Below are positions 1-15,434 of a stretch of 64,000 bases of DNA, one piece after another. This DNA is from Octopus sinensis (lineage: Eukaryota). The notes under the pieces are model-generated. The model was not told the DNA's origin and did no database searches. It saw only the letters and a program-made list of their open reading frames with translations. Position 1 is the first letter of the stretch, and each line of letters opens with the position of its first letter. The DNA is taken from positions 21,781 through 85,780 of the forward strand of contig NW_021832586.1 of NCBI RefSeq assembly GCF_006345805.1, read 5' to 3'. A program made the position numbers and the translations under genes.

Positions 1-46
1 TTATTATCATTATTATTATCATTATTATTATTATTATTATTATTAT

Positions 47-1012
47 TCACTAGTTTTATTTTTTAGCGTGCTTTCACTTCACTACCGAGCGCAGCTCTGT
101 GTGCCTTGGGTATGTGCTGCAGTTTGTAGTGAGGTTCTGATGGTTACTGTATTGAAAGTGTTCTGCGTAGGATGTGTGCAGTGCCTAATAGTGCAATTTT
201 CTGTATGTTATATGTGTTTGGAAGTCCTGGTGATTTTGCTATGTATTTGTCTGAATTTTTTTTTCATGCCTAATGCTCCTACTAAGATAGGAATTGTTTC
301 TGTTTTTAGATTCCACATTCTAGTTACCTCTATTTCCAGCTCTTTGTATTTTGAAAGTTTCTCCATTTCATTTAGAGACATGTTGTCATCTGCTGGTATT
401 GATACATCACTTAGAAAGCATTTTTTTCTTCATGATCTCTGATAACTATATCTGGTCTGTTGACCTTAATTCCTCTATCTGTGTGTATTGGCATATCTCA
501 GAGTATGGTTGCTTTCTCGTTTTCTGTGACCTTTTCTGGTGTGTGCCTATACCATCTTTTTTCTGTTATTATTCCATAATGTTGGCATAGCTTCCAATGT
601 ATGTAGGTTCCAACTCTGTCATGTCTGTGAATATCTTCCTTCTTAACCAAGACTGGGCAGCCAGAGATAATATAATTTATTGTTTCTTGTCCATCTCCAC
701 ATATTCTGCAGTTACTTGTTATATTTCTTTTCATTACATGTTTTTGGTAATTTCTGGTGGGGAGGCTTTGGTCTTGTGCTGCAATTAAAAATCCCTCTGT
801 TTCTGCTTTGAGTCCCGAGCTTCTCAACCATTGCTGGGATTTTTCTTTGTCTATTTATTGCATTTAGTTTAGTCCAGTATTCTTCTTCTTCTTCTTCTTC
901 TTCTTATCTTCTCCTTCTCCTCCTCCTCCTCCTCCTCCTTCTTCTTCTTCTTTCTTCTTCTTCTTCTTCCTCTTCTTCTTCATATTTGTTAGGTGGTATG
1001 ATTTCTTGTTTG
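47..1012 (-). mobile_element. R4/Dong-clade LINE, family A, 3' fragment (CCHC finger, RLE, 3' UTR) with an expanded internal (GAA)n tract
   Basis: ORF 498..827 has LKAETEGFLIAAQDQ, CRICGDGQETINYIISGC and RHD. Shares the family-A 3' end CGGTAGTGAAGTGAAAGCACGCTA. Flanked by (TTA)n. Confidence 0.9.
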
Positions 1013-1030
1013 CTATTATTATTATTGTTG

Positions 1031-1072
<42 letters not shown>

Positions 1073-1075
1073 CTA

Positions 1076-1118
<43 letters not shown>

Positions 1119-1222
1119 TATTATTATCGTTATTATTATCATTGTTATCATATATTATTATTATATTATTATTATATTATTATTTATTATTATTATTATT
1201 ATTACTATTTTTATTATTATTG

Positions 1223-1253
<31 letters not shown>

Positions 1254-1371
1254 TATTATTATCATTATTATTATCATTATTATCATTATTATTATTATTA
1301 TTATTGTTATTATTATTATTATTATTATCATTATTATTATCATTATTATCATTATTATTATTATTTATTAT
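1013..1371. repeat. (TTA)n microsatellite
   Basis: Imperfect trinucleotide tract seen directly. Confidence 0.95.
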
Positions 1372-1767
1372 TACATATACGCACAACAGATCAGTCGGAA
1401 AATTCCTAAAATTGGGCTGCAAAATATAACCTAAAATGCCAAATAACTTCCTAACAATCCTGGCTGTCCTTAACAATATTGTTTTCTGGAACTTCATTAA
1501 CTTCGGTTTTATGCCTATTTCCTCTATCCATCTTTTCAAATATATATGGATAGTTCCTAATGCACCTATAACTACAGGGATACATTTGTACCCCCAACCC
1601 CCCATAGGCGCAATGGCTAGGTCCTGGTACTTAGCTATTTTCTCAAAATCTTTCACGTTGATCTTCTCATCTTGGTACTTTCTCTTCTCTTTGTCTACTA
1701 CTACTAAATCAGGCCTTCTATCTTCTTTTAATCGATCAGTCTGAAAGTCAAAATCTCACAAACATTT
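1372..1767 (-). mobile_element. R4/Dong-clade LINE, family E, RLE C-terminal fragment
   Basis: EKIAKYQDLA...CIPVVIGALG...QKTILLRTARIVRK parallels the C-terminus of the other R4-type copies, with a different 3' UTR. Confidence 0.75.
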
Positions 1768-1789
1768 TATATTTATTATTATTATTATT

Positions 1790-2097
1790 GAGTGAGAGAG
1801 CAGTGCATGCCATCAAAGTGACACTGGGGTAAAATATACGAAGCCCAATATACCCATCATGACTACCCGTCTGATAAAGGTACACCAGGCACATGCATCA
1901 CAACCATATGTGCGCGACATGGTGATCTCATATCAAGATAAACAGCACATGACCTTGCAGGTGGGGCCCAGTTAGAATTTTCTTCAGGTTGAGTAGCCCA
2001 TCCCGCTCAAAAGGTCCTTGAATAAGGGTTGTTTAATGATGTTGAAAGAACCACCCATGTTTCCAGAGGTGAATTATTCAAACCCCAAACAATCCCT
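1790..2097 (-). mobile_element. ~535-nt non-coding retroposon, copy 1 (5'-truncated)
   Basis: Near-identical to 4699-5005 and embedded in (TTA)n. Strand assigned from truncation polarity. Confidence 0.8.
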
Positions 2098-2150
2098 ATT
2101 ATTATTATATTATTATTATTAATATTATTATTATTATTAGATTATTATTA

Positions 2151-2183
<33 letters not shown>

Positions 2184-2371
2184 CATCATTATTATAATTA
2201 TTATAGTTGTTGTTGTTGTTATATTATTATCATTATTTATTATATATTATTATTATTATATTATAGTAGTTGTTGTTGTTGTTGTTACTATTATTGTTAT
2301 TATTATTCTTATTATTATAATTATTATAGTTGTTGTTGTTGTTGTTATTGTTATTATTATTATAGTTGTTG

Positions 2372-2427
<56 letters not shown>

Positions 2428-2430
2428 GTG

Positions 2431-3356
2431 ATTCTATGTTTGACTTTTGCTTTGCATTTGTACAATTTGTGCAAGTTGGCTCCAAGTCTCACCCAGAGAC
2501 CTCAAGAGACAACAAGTTAGAAGTTCATGTTGGTGTTATGCCTAGGGTGCCATATATTTAGTTTTGCACATAGTGTTTAAGAAACCATATGAAAATTGTG
2601 CACTATCTATTGTATTTCTGCCATTTTAGGGTATCCTGGTATCTGAGCTAGGTGGCAGTCAGCCTAGTACACCTATGTCAACAGGTATTGTTTTAGTCTT
2701 GAGCTTCCACATTAGATTGGGACAGTCATATCAATGCGGAGGCATGATTTTTGTTTGAAATCTTTCAATATAATTTTGACCTATTTGCATCTATCTTTCT
2801 GTCAGTTTGAATGAAGTTCCAGAAGAGTGAGATGTGATCATTTTAAAGCAGTGCAGGTGGTTTGTGTTCCCACCAGTTTTTATCATGGGGCAAGTCCAAG
2901 CTTTTGCAAATTACCCAGTGAATATACTGTGCTGCTCTATCATGTCTGTTAAGATATTCTGTAAGCACAGGCACAAGAAGACTGCACATGGAGACAAAAT
3001 GATCAATGGTCTCATTTTGTTGTTAACATACACGACATATTAGGGAGCCGCCGTTCTTCAATAAGTCGGCCAGGAAGTTTCTTGTAGGTAGACATTGATC
3101 TTGGGCTACAATGATAATCCCTTCTGTTTTTGATTTTGAAACAGAAGCCATTAGCCATTCATGGGTAAGAACTTTATCAACATCGCCATTATTCGCTCTC
3201 TTTGGGTATTTGCCACTGAGAGGTTTTTCTTGCCATTTATCAGTAAGAATATCTAAGGTAGCAGTTTTAGCACGGGTTTCTATGCGCTTAGCTTTTTCTG
3301 CGCTTGTTTCTCGTATGTCTAAATCCGGAATTTCTTGTATTTGGAATTCACTTAGA

Positions 3357-3360
<4 letters not shown>
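2431..3360 (-). mobile_element. R4/Dong-clade LINE, family C, degraded 3' fragment
   Basis: 3' end GCAAAAGTCAAACATAGAAT is shared with 18671-19512 and 57371-59480. Finger and RLE remnants are present. Confidence 0.85.
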
Positions 3361-3439
<79 letters not shown>

Positions 3440-3465
3440 CATTATTATTATTATTATTATTATTA

Positions 3466-3521
<56 letters not shown>

Positions 3522-3534
3522 GTTGTTGTTGTTA

Positions 3535-3962
3535 TTCAGTTGTCTTATTTTTATCACGTGCGGTCGCTGCAGTACCGTGGGCAACTCTATGTGCCTTAGG
3601 TATGTGCTGTAGTTTGTTGTGATGCTCTTATTTTCACTATATTGAAATTGTTTTATGTAGAATGTGCGCGGTGCCTATTAGTGTTATTTTCTGTATGTTT
3701 TTATATACTTGTAAATCCTGGTGTTTTTGTTATGTATTTGGTTGAATGTTTTCTTTATCATACCTAATGCGCATACTATGCTAGGAACTGTTCCTGCTTT
3801 TACGTTCCATATTCTAGTTACTTTTATTTCCATATCTTAGCATTTTGAAAGTTTGTCCGTTTCTTTTAGAGAATCATTGCCATCTACTGGTATTGATACA
3901 TCAATTAGAAAGCATTTTATTTGTTGGTGATCTCAGACAACTGTATCTGGCTTATTGGCCTT
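3535..3962 (-). mobile_element. R4/Dong LINE, diverged family-A-like 3' fragment
   Basis: Alignable by eye to the RLE end and 3' UTR of 47-470, with many substitutions. Confidence 0.8.
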
Positions 3963-3977
3963 TTATCATTATCATTA

Positions 3978-4648
3978 TATGAAACCTCACAGCTTATTTT
4001 GCTGGATATTATGGAAAGTGTCTGCTGTCTAAAACCAGCAGACTAAGGTGACACTTGTTTACCGGTCATACTTCAAGAACCCTGCGAAGAATTCTTGCAG
4101 TTCCAAGCAATAATAACATTTGTAGGTGTTCTACTTTCACACTTGCACTGATCTTTTTCAGCCATGTTAGTAGTTGAGTGTTGATACTTTCACTTGGACC
4201 AGTTACTATTGGTATCACGTCTTCTCTCTTCATTGACCATAGCCTTCGTATTTTCCAACTTAAATCGTCGTTTTAAAAATTTTTTTCTCTACTTTCACAT
4301 TGACCCTGTCGTCATCGGGGCAAGTCGATACTCATATGTGTTCTTTCTTTTTTATTCACTCCGCCAATGTCCGGTTTCCTAAGTCTGGTCAGGTGATCGC
4401 ACTGGATCGTTACATCCCACAGGATTTTGAAGTTCTCATTTTCGATAACTCCTTCTAGGGTTTGTTTATACCACGTCTTTACTTTTAGTAGGCTGTGATT
4501 TCCAAAGAGCTCCCAGTGGATCATTCTTGCCACATTGTCATGGCGACGTTTATAATCGCGTTGTACCATTTTCGGAGCCATACTGTTTCACACCTCTCAC
4601 CACACATTCTGCATTTGTTTCTATCGATAGTGTTGTCAATTCTGCACA
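3978..4648 (-). mobile_element. R4/Dong-clade LINE, family D, 3' fragment
   Basis: ORF 4312..4581 has YKRRHDNVARMIHWEL, KILWD and RKPDI. 3' UTR matches 21770-21925. Confidence 0.85.
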
Positions 4649-4661
4649 TTATTATTATTGA

Positions 4662-4694
<33 letters not shown>

Positions 4695-4698
4695 CATT

Positions 4699-5233
4699 GA
4701 GTGAGAGAGCAGTGCATGCCATCAAAGTGACACTGGGGTAAAATATACGAAGCCCAATATACCCATCATGACTACCCGTCTGATAAAGGTACACCAGGCA
4801 CATGTATCACAACCATATGTGCGCGACATGGTGATCTCATATCAAGATAACAGCACATGACCTTGCAGGTGGGGCCCAGTTAGAATTTTCTTCAGGTTGA
4901 GTAGCCCATCCCGCTCAAAGGTCCCTGAATAAGGGTTGTTTAAGGGTGTTGAAAGAACCACCCATGTTTCCAGAGGTGAATTATTCAAACCCCAAAGAAT
5001 CCCTCTCAGCACATGGCTATGATGCTCCCCACTACTTCTGCTCGTGATCAGAGATGCACATATCGTCAGCCACTAAGGGACATGCTCAGCTGGTTAAGGT
5101 CAACAACTGACAAGCAAATCTGTGGTATTGAGCAGAATATTTGCTGTAGCCCATCTTTTATACCAAAACAAAACAATGTACATGATAACACTTCCAATCA
5201 GTTAAGATCAGAAGCCATGAGAGCCACTGCCTG
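4699..5233 (-). mobile_element. ~535-nt non-coding retroposon, copy 2 (apparently full length)
   Basis: Longest of five copies, with (TTA)n on both sides and no credible ORF. Confidence 0.85.
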
Positions 5234-5271
<38 letters not shown>

Positions 5272-5484
5272 CATCATCATCATCATCATTACCACCACCA
5301 CCACCACCACCACCACCACCACCACCACCACCACCATCATCATCATCATCGTCATCATCATCGTCATTATTGTTGTTGTTGTTGTTTTTGTTGTTGTTGT
5401 TCTTCTTGTTCTTGTTCTTGTTCTTGTTCTTGTTCTTGTTTCTTCTTCTTCTCTTCTTCTTCTTCTTCTTCTTCTCTTCTTCTT

Positions 5485-5515
<31 letters not shown>

Positions 5516-5536
5516 TTATTATTATTATTATTATTA
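5234..5536. repeat. Compound microsatellite (ATT)(ATC)(ACC)(GTT)(TTC)(TTA)
   Basis: Successive trinucleotide blocks seen directly. Confidence 0.95.
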
Positions 5537-6300
5537 TGTTTTTTCGTTCTTTTTCTTCAATTTCTTCCGTTTCTTCTCGCCGAGTGTTTTCCGTACACCT
5601 AGGACAGAGAAGCTCATTGTATGCATTCCCAGATTACACGCGAAAATTCACAGATAAAATATGTATTTAAAAATTAAGGAATAAATAAATTCATGGATGG
5701 ATGTTGTTTTCACTGCGATAATGCTCTTCTTAGTACATAAGCCGTTCCAGTTAATACGATTTTTTGCACTTCCTGTAGGGATGTTAAGCCTGGTATCATT
5801 TTCAAATGGGTTTCAGTACATTTTTCTTTTATCATTCCTAGAGATCCTACAATCACTGGTACTAGAGTCGCCTTGAGATGCCACATTTAAAAAATTTCTA
5901 TTAGAAAGTCTTTATGATTTACTGATCTTTTAAAATTCTTTCGCCGCTATATTGTGATCGCAAGGAATACTCATGTCAATTAATAAACACATCTTTTTTG
6001 TCTGATCTTTTATAATAATATCCGGTTTATTAGCTTTCATAGTTTTGTCGGAATGTACGGGGACGTCCCATAGAATTTGACACATTTTCTCCCTCAGTCA
6101 CAGCTTCAGGATGGTGTTTATACAATTTGTCAGCGGTTTTGATTTTATAATGCCGACATATTGTCCAATGTAAATACTGGCCCACTCTGTCATGTCTTGC
6201 TAAGACTCTGCACCCAGAGATTAGGTGGTCTATAGTTTCAATCTCATCGTTACAGAATCGGCATTTTGGGTCAACTCCATTTTTTATCACATTGGCTTGG

Positions 6301-6302
<2 letters not shown>
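5537..6302 (-). mobile_element. R4/Dong LINE, family-B-like 3' fragment
   Basis: DPKCRFCNDEIETIDHLISGC...RHDRVGQYLHW. 3' UTR is similar to 14310-14397. Confidence 0.85.
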
Positions 6303-6345
<43 letters not shown>

Positions 6346-6420
6346 GTTATTGTTATTATTATTATTATTATTATCATCATCATCATCATCATCATCATCA
6401 TTATCACTATTTTTATTATT

Positions 6421-7233
6421 GGTCCCTGGCATCTGGAATGTGCTCAGGCGCTCTCTGTCCTCCACGGTTGGGCAATGCGATTAGTAGAAGTTCTACCAAT
6501 ATATAGAAATCTAGTGGGGGCTTAAGAATGAGAACTGGGAAAGTAGGCGTCATCGCCGATGAACTAGCTGGACTGTATAGGAAGATTTTAGCGCCTGTAT
6601 TATCATGGATAATTGCAAAAATCCCTAGCCTGACACGTTACCGAGGAGCACTGTGAGTTCGAGGTAAACTCTACAAGCAAGGAAGCACTTGCTTGCATTG
6701 AAGCAGAGTCCCGGGTATTGCTGACATGAATGGTTATGTTGGACAGCTGTTATTGCGTGTTGGACAGATCCGACCATCGGCCGAATCTATTGTGAGCATC
6801 AACACCCTACCTACACTTTAACAAAGCAGGAAATGCAGTGTTCCTCTGCCTAGTGTTGGCTGGAATTACCTAGTAGAGACTTCTATCTCTTCTGCAAAGC
6901 CTTCGTTGACTTTTGGTTGTGGCAAAAATGGTTAGAGTGAATGTGCGCCTGAAAATTAGAGAGCAACAGCTGAGAGAGTGCTCGTACTTTTGGTGGTCAG
7001 AGTAATCTGGATTTGTGGGGTTCCTTGATTCGTCTTAGTTTGAGTTACTCCTGTATCAGGAAGACTGAGTCATTCATGTTATCACATACTCTGTATACAA
7101 TGTATACTTTTAACGTATTTCACTGCCTTTACCATTTCTTTCTCCTCATATATTATGTAAATCCCCACACAACTTGTTGACTGTCCTTGTTATGTCCTTC
7201 TTCTCCATGTCCATGCGGCTAATAAAAGAAACG
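6421..7233 (+). mobile_element. Degraded Tx1/L1-like LINE 3' remnant
   Basis: The GCAAAAATGGTTAGAGTGAATG segment and the terminal GCGGCTAATAAA resemble the 3' end of the element at 15435-18016. Confidence 0.45.
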
Positions 7234-7803
7234 ATTATTATTATTACTATTCCTTTCGGGTGACTTTCGAGCCGACGTCTATGGATAATTTTCAATAATC
7301 CTGGCGAAATAGTTTATAAGCTCTCTGTTAGTACACTAGGCTAACACGAATGTAGATCAGTAAGGAATTCCGCGTCCTCTTGTGGCGGAGTCTGAGGTTA
7401 TAGTTCATTACCTTTCTATATTGTAAATTCATGGTTACACTCCATTTATACTGGTTTTTACACAGAACGATATACATGACAAAACATAAAGAATGGTATT
7501 TTCATATTTTTCGTTATTGTCGTTAATTAAACTAGCAGCTGTTTCAAGTTTCTAGGTCGTTCAAGTTTTCCCAATAGATCAATGGGTCGATTGAGTAAAA
7601 CTATCAATAACGAATCCTATAATGACTTCAGCATACATCTGTCAAGTTTGCTAATTCAAGAAGGCATGAGTCTAAATATGTAAAGATCATATGCCTTGTC
7701 TCAAACATATATATATATATATATTATATATATATATATATTATATATATATATATATAATAATATTATTATATATATATATAATATATATTATATATAT
7801 ATA

Positions 7804-8020
7804 GTTAGTTAAAGTTAATCCAAACAAGAAAGCACAGAAAAAACACAACAACACGAGGAAGTGGAACAAGTATAGTATTATTGGACGCTCAAGAAGGAAG
7901 GGAAGAAGGGGGTTTAACGTTTCGAGCGGAGCTCTTCGTCAGAAACACAGGAGAGGGAAATCTCCAAAGAAGGGAAGACGGAGGAAAATATTGCCACGGT
8001 ACACACGCGGGCACATTTTA
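7804..8020 (-). mobile_element. Penelope-like solo terminal-repeat remnant in (TA)n
   Basis: Contains a minimal hammerhead motif and is flanked by (TA)n. The Penelope assignment is inferred from the ribozyme type. Confidence 0.6.
7912..7946 (-). ncRNA. Minimal type I hammerhead ribozyme
   Basis: Minus strand reads GUUU-CUGACGA-A-GAGC(UCC)GCUC-GAAAC-GUU-AAAC: stem I GUUU/AAAC and palindromic stem III AACGUU. Confidence 0.75.
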
Positions 8021-9149
8021 CATATATATTTACAGGGTGGCCCAGAAGTAGGTTTACAATTATTTAACTATCTCTTTTGCATTCATATATTAACAGTTTA
8101 AATCTTAATTATAAGAAATATGAAACCATTATTCTATGTTCATTTACTTAATGTTGTTAAGCTCTTTTTTCAGTTTGTAAGATAGAAACTTAAATGTAAT
8201 AAAATGTTTTACAAGAAATTTTAAGTGATAACTGTAAACCAACTTTTGATATATATATATATACATGTATACACACACAAGCGCATATGCGCATTCACAC
8301 ACAAACCTGGTGAGTGAAGGACATTGAATGGACCGTGAGGGGAACGAGTAAAAGTGAATGTCTGTGTGTGAGGGTGAACTATAAAAAAGCAAAGGACATA
8401 TCGTAAATGTTGTGGTTATGTGTAATAATTGTTAGTGAAACTGATAAGAATAAAGAACCAATGTGGCACCAATCCTCTATTTCCACTATTACCATCGCTT
8501 GTAAAGTCTATTGTAATACAGTGATGATGGGATTGAAGAAGAGAGTGAGATGAATGGTATATAGTAAATATAAATAAGACAAAAGTTAGAACAGTAAAAA
8601 CTAATGTAAAAATAGATATGAATGCAAACAATACCAATGAGAACAACATCGACTATTACAACAACAACAACAACAACAACAATAGCAGTATCAGTATAAC
8701 TCCTATAATGATAGCCTTAATAATTATACCAACGACAATAACCAATAGTTGAATAGCAGTGCAATATTCATTGAGTCAATTTAAATGCTGTTGAATGACA
8801 ACAGAAATATGTGGAGGGAGAGAGGAGAAGAAAGGGAGAGGGGGAGAGGGAAGACAACAGGAAAAGGGGAAGTTAGAGGGGGAGGGAAGGGGAAGAAGAC
8901 GACAGGAAAGCGAGGAGAAAGAGAAGTAGAGGAGAGAGTCTTTAAAATTACTATGAAAGGACAAACAAACAAACCAAACTGAAAACAAACCTAAACAAAA
9001 GAAGCTGATAAACCAAGACAAAAACAAAGCAAAAAAAAACAGAACAATTAACAAAGTAAAAGTGAATAAACAAAGCAAGTGTCGAACAAAAAAATAGAAA
9101 AATACATTAAAGGTAATAAAAATTACAATGGTAGCGACAGCGACCATAA

Positions 9150-9158
9150 CAACAATAG

Positions 9159-9190
<32 letters not shown>

Positions 9191-9268
9191 CTGCTGCTGC
9201 TACTGATGATGATGATGATGATGATAATAATAATAATAATAATAATAATAGTAATAATAATAATAATA

Positions 9269-9339
<71 letters not shown>

Positions 9340-9618
9340 GAAGATCAACAAGAACATTGTGGACAACGACTGTGACTGAAGCAGTAGAAAGAATAAACAG
9401 AGGACCCCGAATAATTTTGAAAGAAAACGTTTGAATGGGTTAACTGAAGTGATGAGACAAGTTGTATAAAGTTGAGTCAAATAAATATGACTACAAATAC
9501 ATCGATTAATATCACGGAGGCGTAAACGATGATAATGATGGTTATAATAATCATAACAACAAGAATAAACAATAATAATAATAATGATAATAATAATGAT
9601 AATAATAATAATAATAAT

Positions 9619-9661
<43 letters not shown>

Positions 9662-9694
9662 TAATTCTTAATAATAATAATAATAATAATAATG

Positions 9695-9731
<37 letters not shown>

Positions 9732-9745
9732 TAATAACACTAAAA
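9150..9745. repeat. (GAT)n/(AAT)n microsatellite tracts
   Basis: Seen directly, interrupted by about 200 bp of unique sequence. Confidence 0.9.
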
Positions 9746-9749
9746 GTAA

Positions 9750-9966
9750 TAAAGGTTCCAAATAGTGGCACAAGGCCAACAATTCTGAAGAAAAGAGTAA
9801 ACCGATTATATCGACCTTAGTGCTCAAATGATACTTATTTTACCGTTCCAGAAAGAATGAAAGGAAAATCCGATCTTAGCGAGGTTTGAACTCAGAAAGT
9901 AGAGACGGGCGAAATGCCGCTAAGCATTTCGTCCGGCATACTAACGATCTGCCTCCTTGGTGCCTT
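9750..9966 (-). mobile_element. SINE family 2 copy
   Basis: Reverse complement reads GGCAGATCGTTAG...GAAATGCTTAGCGGCATTTCG...TTCTGAGTTCAAA, as in the copies at 28125, 34617 and 45195. Confidence 0.7.
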
Positions 9967-9972
9967 AATAAT

Positions 9973-10070
<98 letters not shown>

Positions 10071-10459
10071 TAATAATAATAATAGTAATAATAATAATAA
10101 TTATTATTATTATCACCCACGACACACACACTCACAGAGTTCAGCCAACACAAACCTCACCTCGGCTCTTTAGATGTTAACCAAATATGAAAGTATTATT
10201 TGACAGGCAAGAACTGTCGTTGAAGACAGTCAGCCAGCCAACCATCAATCCAGCCAACGAGACAGACAGACACTACTGTGATGGTGATAATGATAAAAAA
10301 CAAAAATAACAATAATAAGATACTGCTGTGACTACACATAAAACAATATCATTGATGATGATGATGATGATGATGGCGATGGTGATGATGATAATGATGA
10401 TGGTAATGGTGGTGATAATGATGATAGTGATAATAACGGCGATGATAATAACGATAATA

Positions 10460-14496
<4,037 letters not shown>

Positions 14497-14544
14497 TAAT
14501 AATAATAATAATAATAATATAATAATAATATAATAATAATAATA

Positions 14545-14579
<35 letters not shown>

Positions 14580-14591
14580 TAATAATAATAA

Positions 14592-15091
14592 GGCAATACC
14601 AGACAGTGGCTCTCGTGGCTTCTGATCTTAACTGATTGGAAGTGTTATCATGTACATTGTTTTGTCTTGGTATAAAAGATGGGCTACAGCAAATATTCTG
14701 CTCAATACCACAGATTTGCCTGTCAGTTGTTTGACCTTAACCAGTTGAGCATGTCCCTTAGTGGATGACGATATGTGCATCTCTGATCACGAGCAGAAGT
14801 AGTGGGGGAGCATCATAGCCATGTGTCGAGAGGGATTCTTTGGGGTTTGGATAATTCACCTCTGGAGACATGGGTGTTTCGTTCAACACCCTTAAACAAC
14901 CCTTATTCAGGGACCTTTTGAGCGGGATGGGTTACTCGACCTGAAGAAAATTCTAACTGGGCCCCAACTGCAAGGTCATGTGCTGTTTATCTTGATATAA
15001 GATCACCATGTCGCGCACATATGGTTGTGATGCATGTGCTTCGTATATTTACCCCAGTGTCACTTTGATGGCATGCACTGCTCTCTCACTC
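14592..15091 (+). mobile_element. ~535-nt non-coding retroposon, copy 3 (both ends present, ~50-bp internal deletion)
   Basis: Reverse complement of 4699-5233, in (AAT)n. Confidence 0.85.
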
Positions 15092-15154
15092 AATAATATA
15101 TAATAATAATAATAATTAATAATAAGAATAAATAATAATAATATAATAATAATA

Positions 15155-15190
<36 letters not shown>

Positions 15191-15238
15191 TAATAATAAT
15201 ATGATAATGTTAATAAAATAATAATAATAATAATAGCA

Positions 15239-15277
<39 letters not shown>

Positions 15278-15434
15278 TAATAATAATGATGATGATGATG
15301 TTGATGATGTGATGATGATAGTAATAATAAAAACAACCAAAACAACAACAAGAACAATAATAATTATAATAAGAATAATTATTGTTATTATTGTTGTTGT
15401 TGTTGTTGTTGTTATTATTATTATTAATATTATT

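Noticed and set aside
4699-5233. Telomerase RNA, RNase P/MRP or ribozyme identity for the 535-nt element
   Set aside because: I found no CTAACCCT template, no recognisable P4 consensus and no complete hammerhead or HDV fold by eye.
8031-8060. TA-CAGGGTGGCCCAGAAGTAGG, a Tc1/mariner-like terminus
   Set aside because: No partner TIR or transposase found.
14596-14810. U1 snRNA-like words in the 535-nt element (TACCAG.CAGTGG, TGATCACGA, GTAGTGGGGGA)
   Set aside because: Spacing does not fit U1, and there is no Sm site or ACTTAC splice-site-pairing end. These may be chance matches. An Infernal search would settle it.
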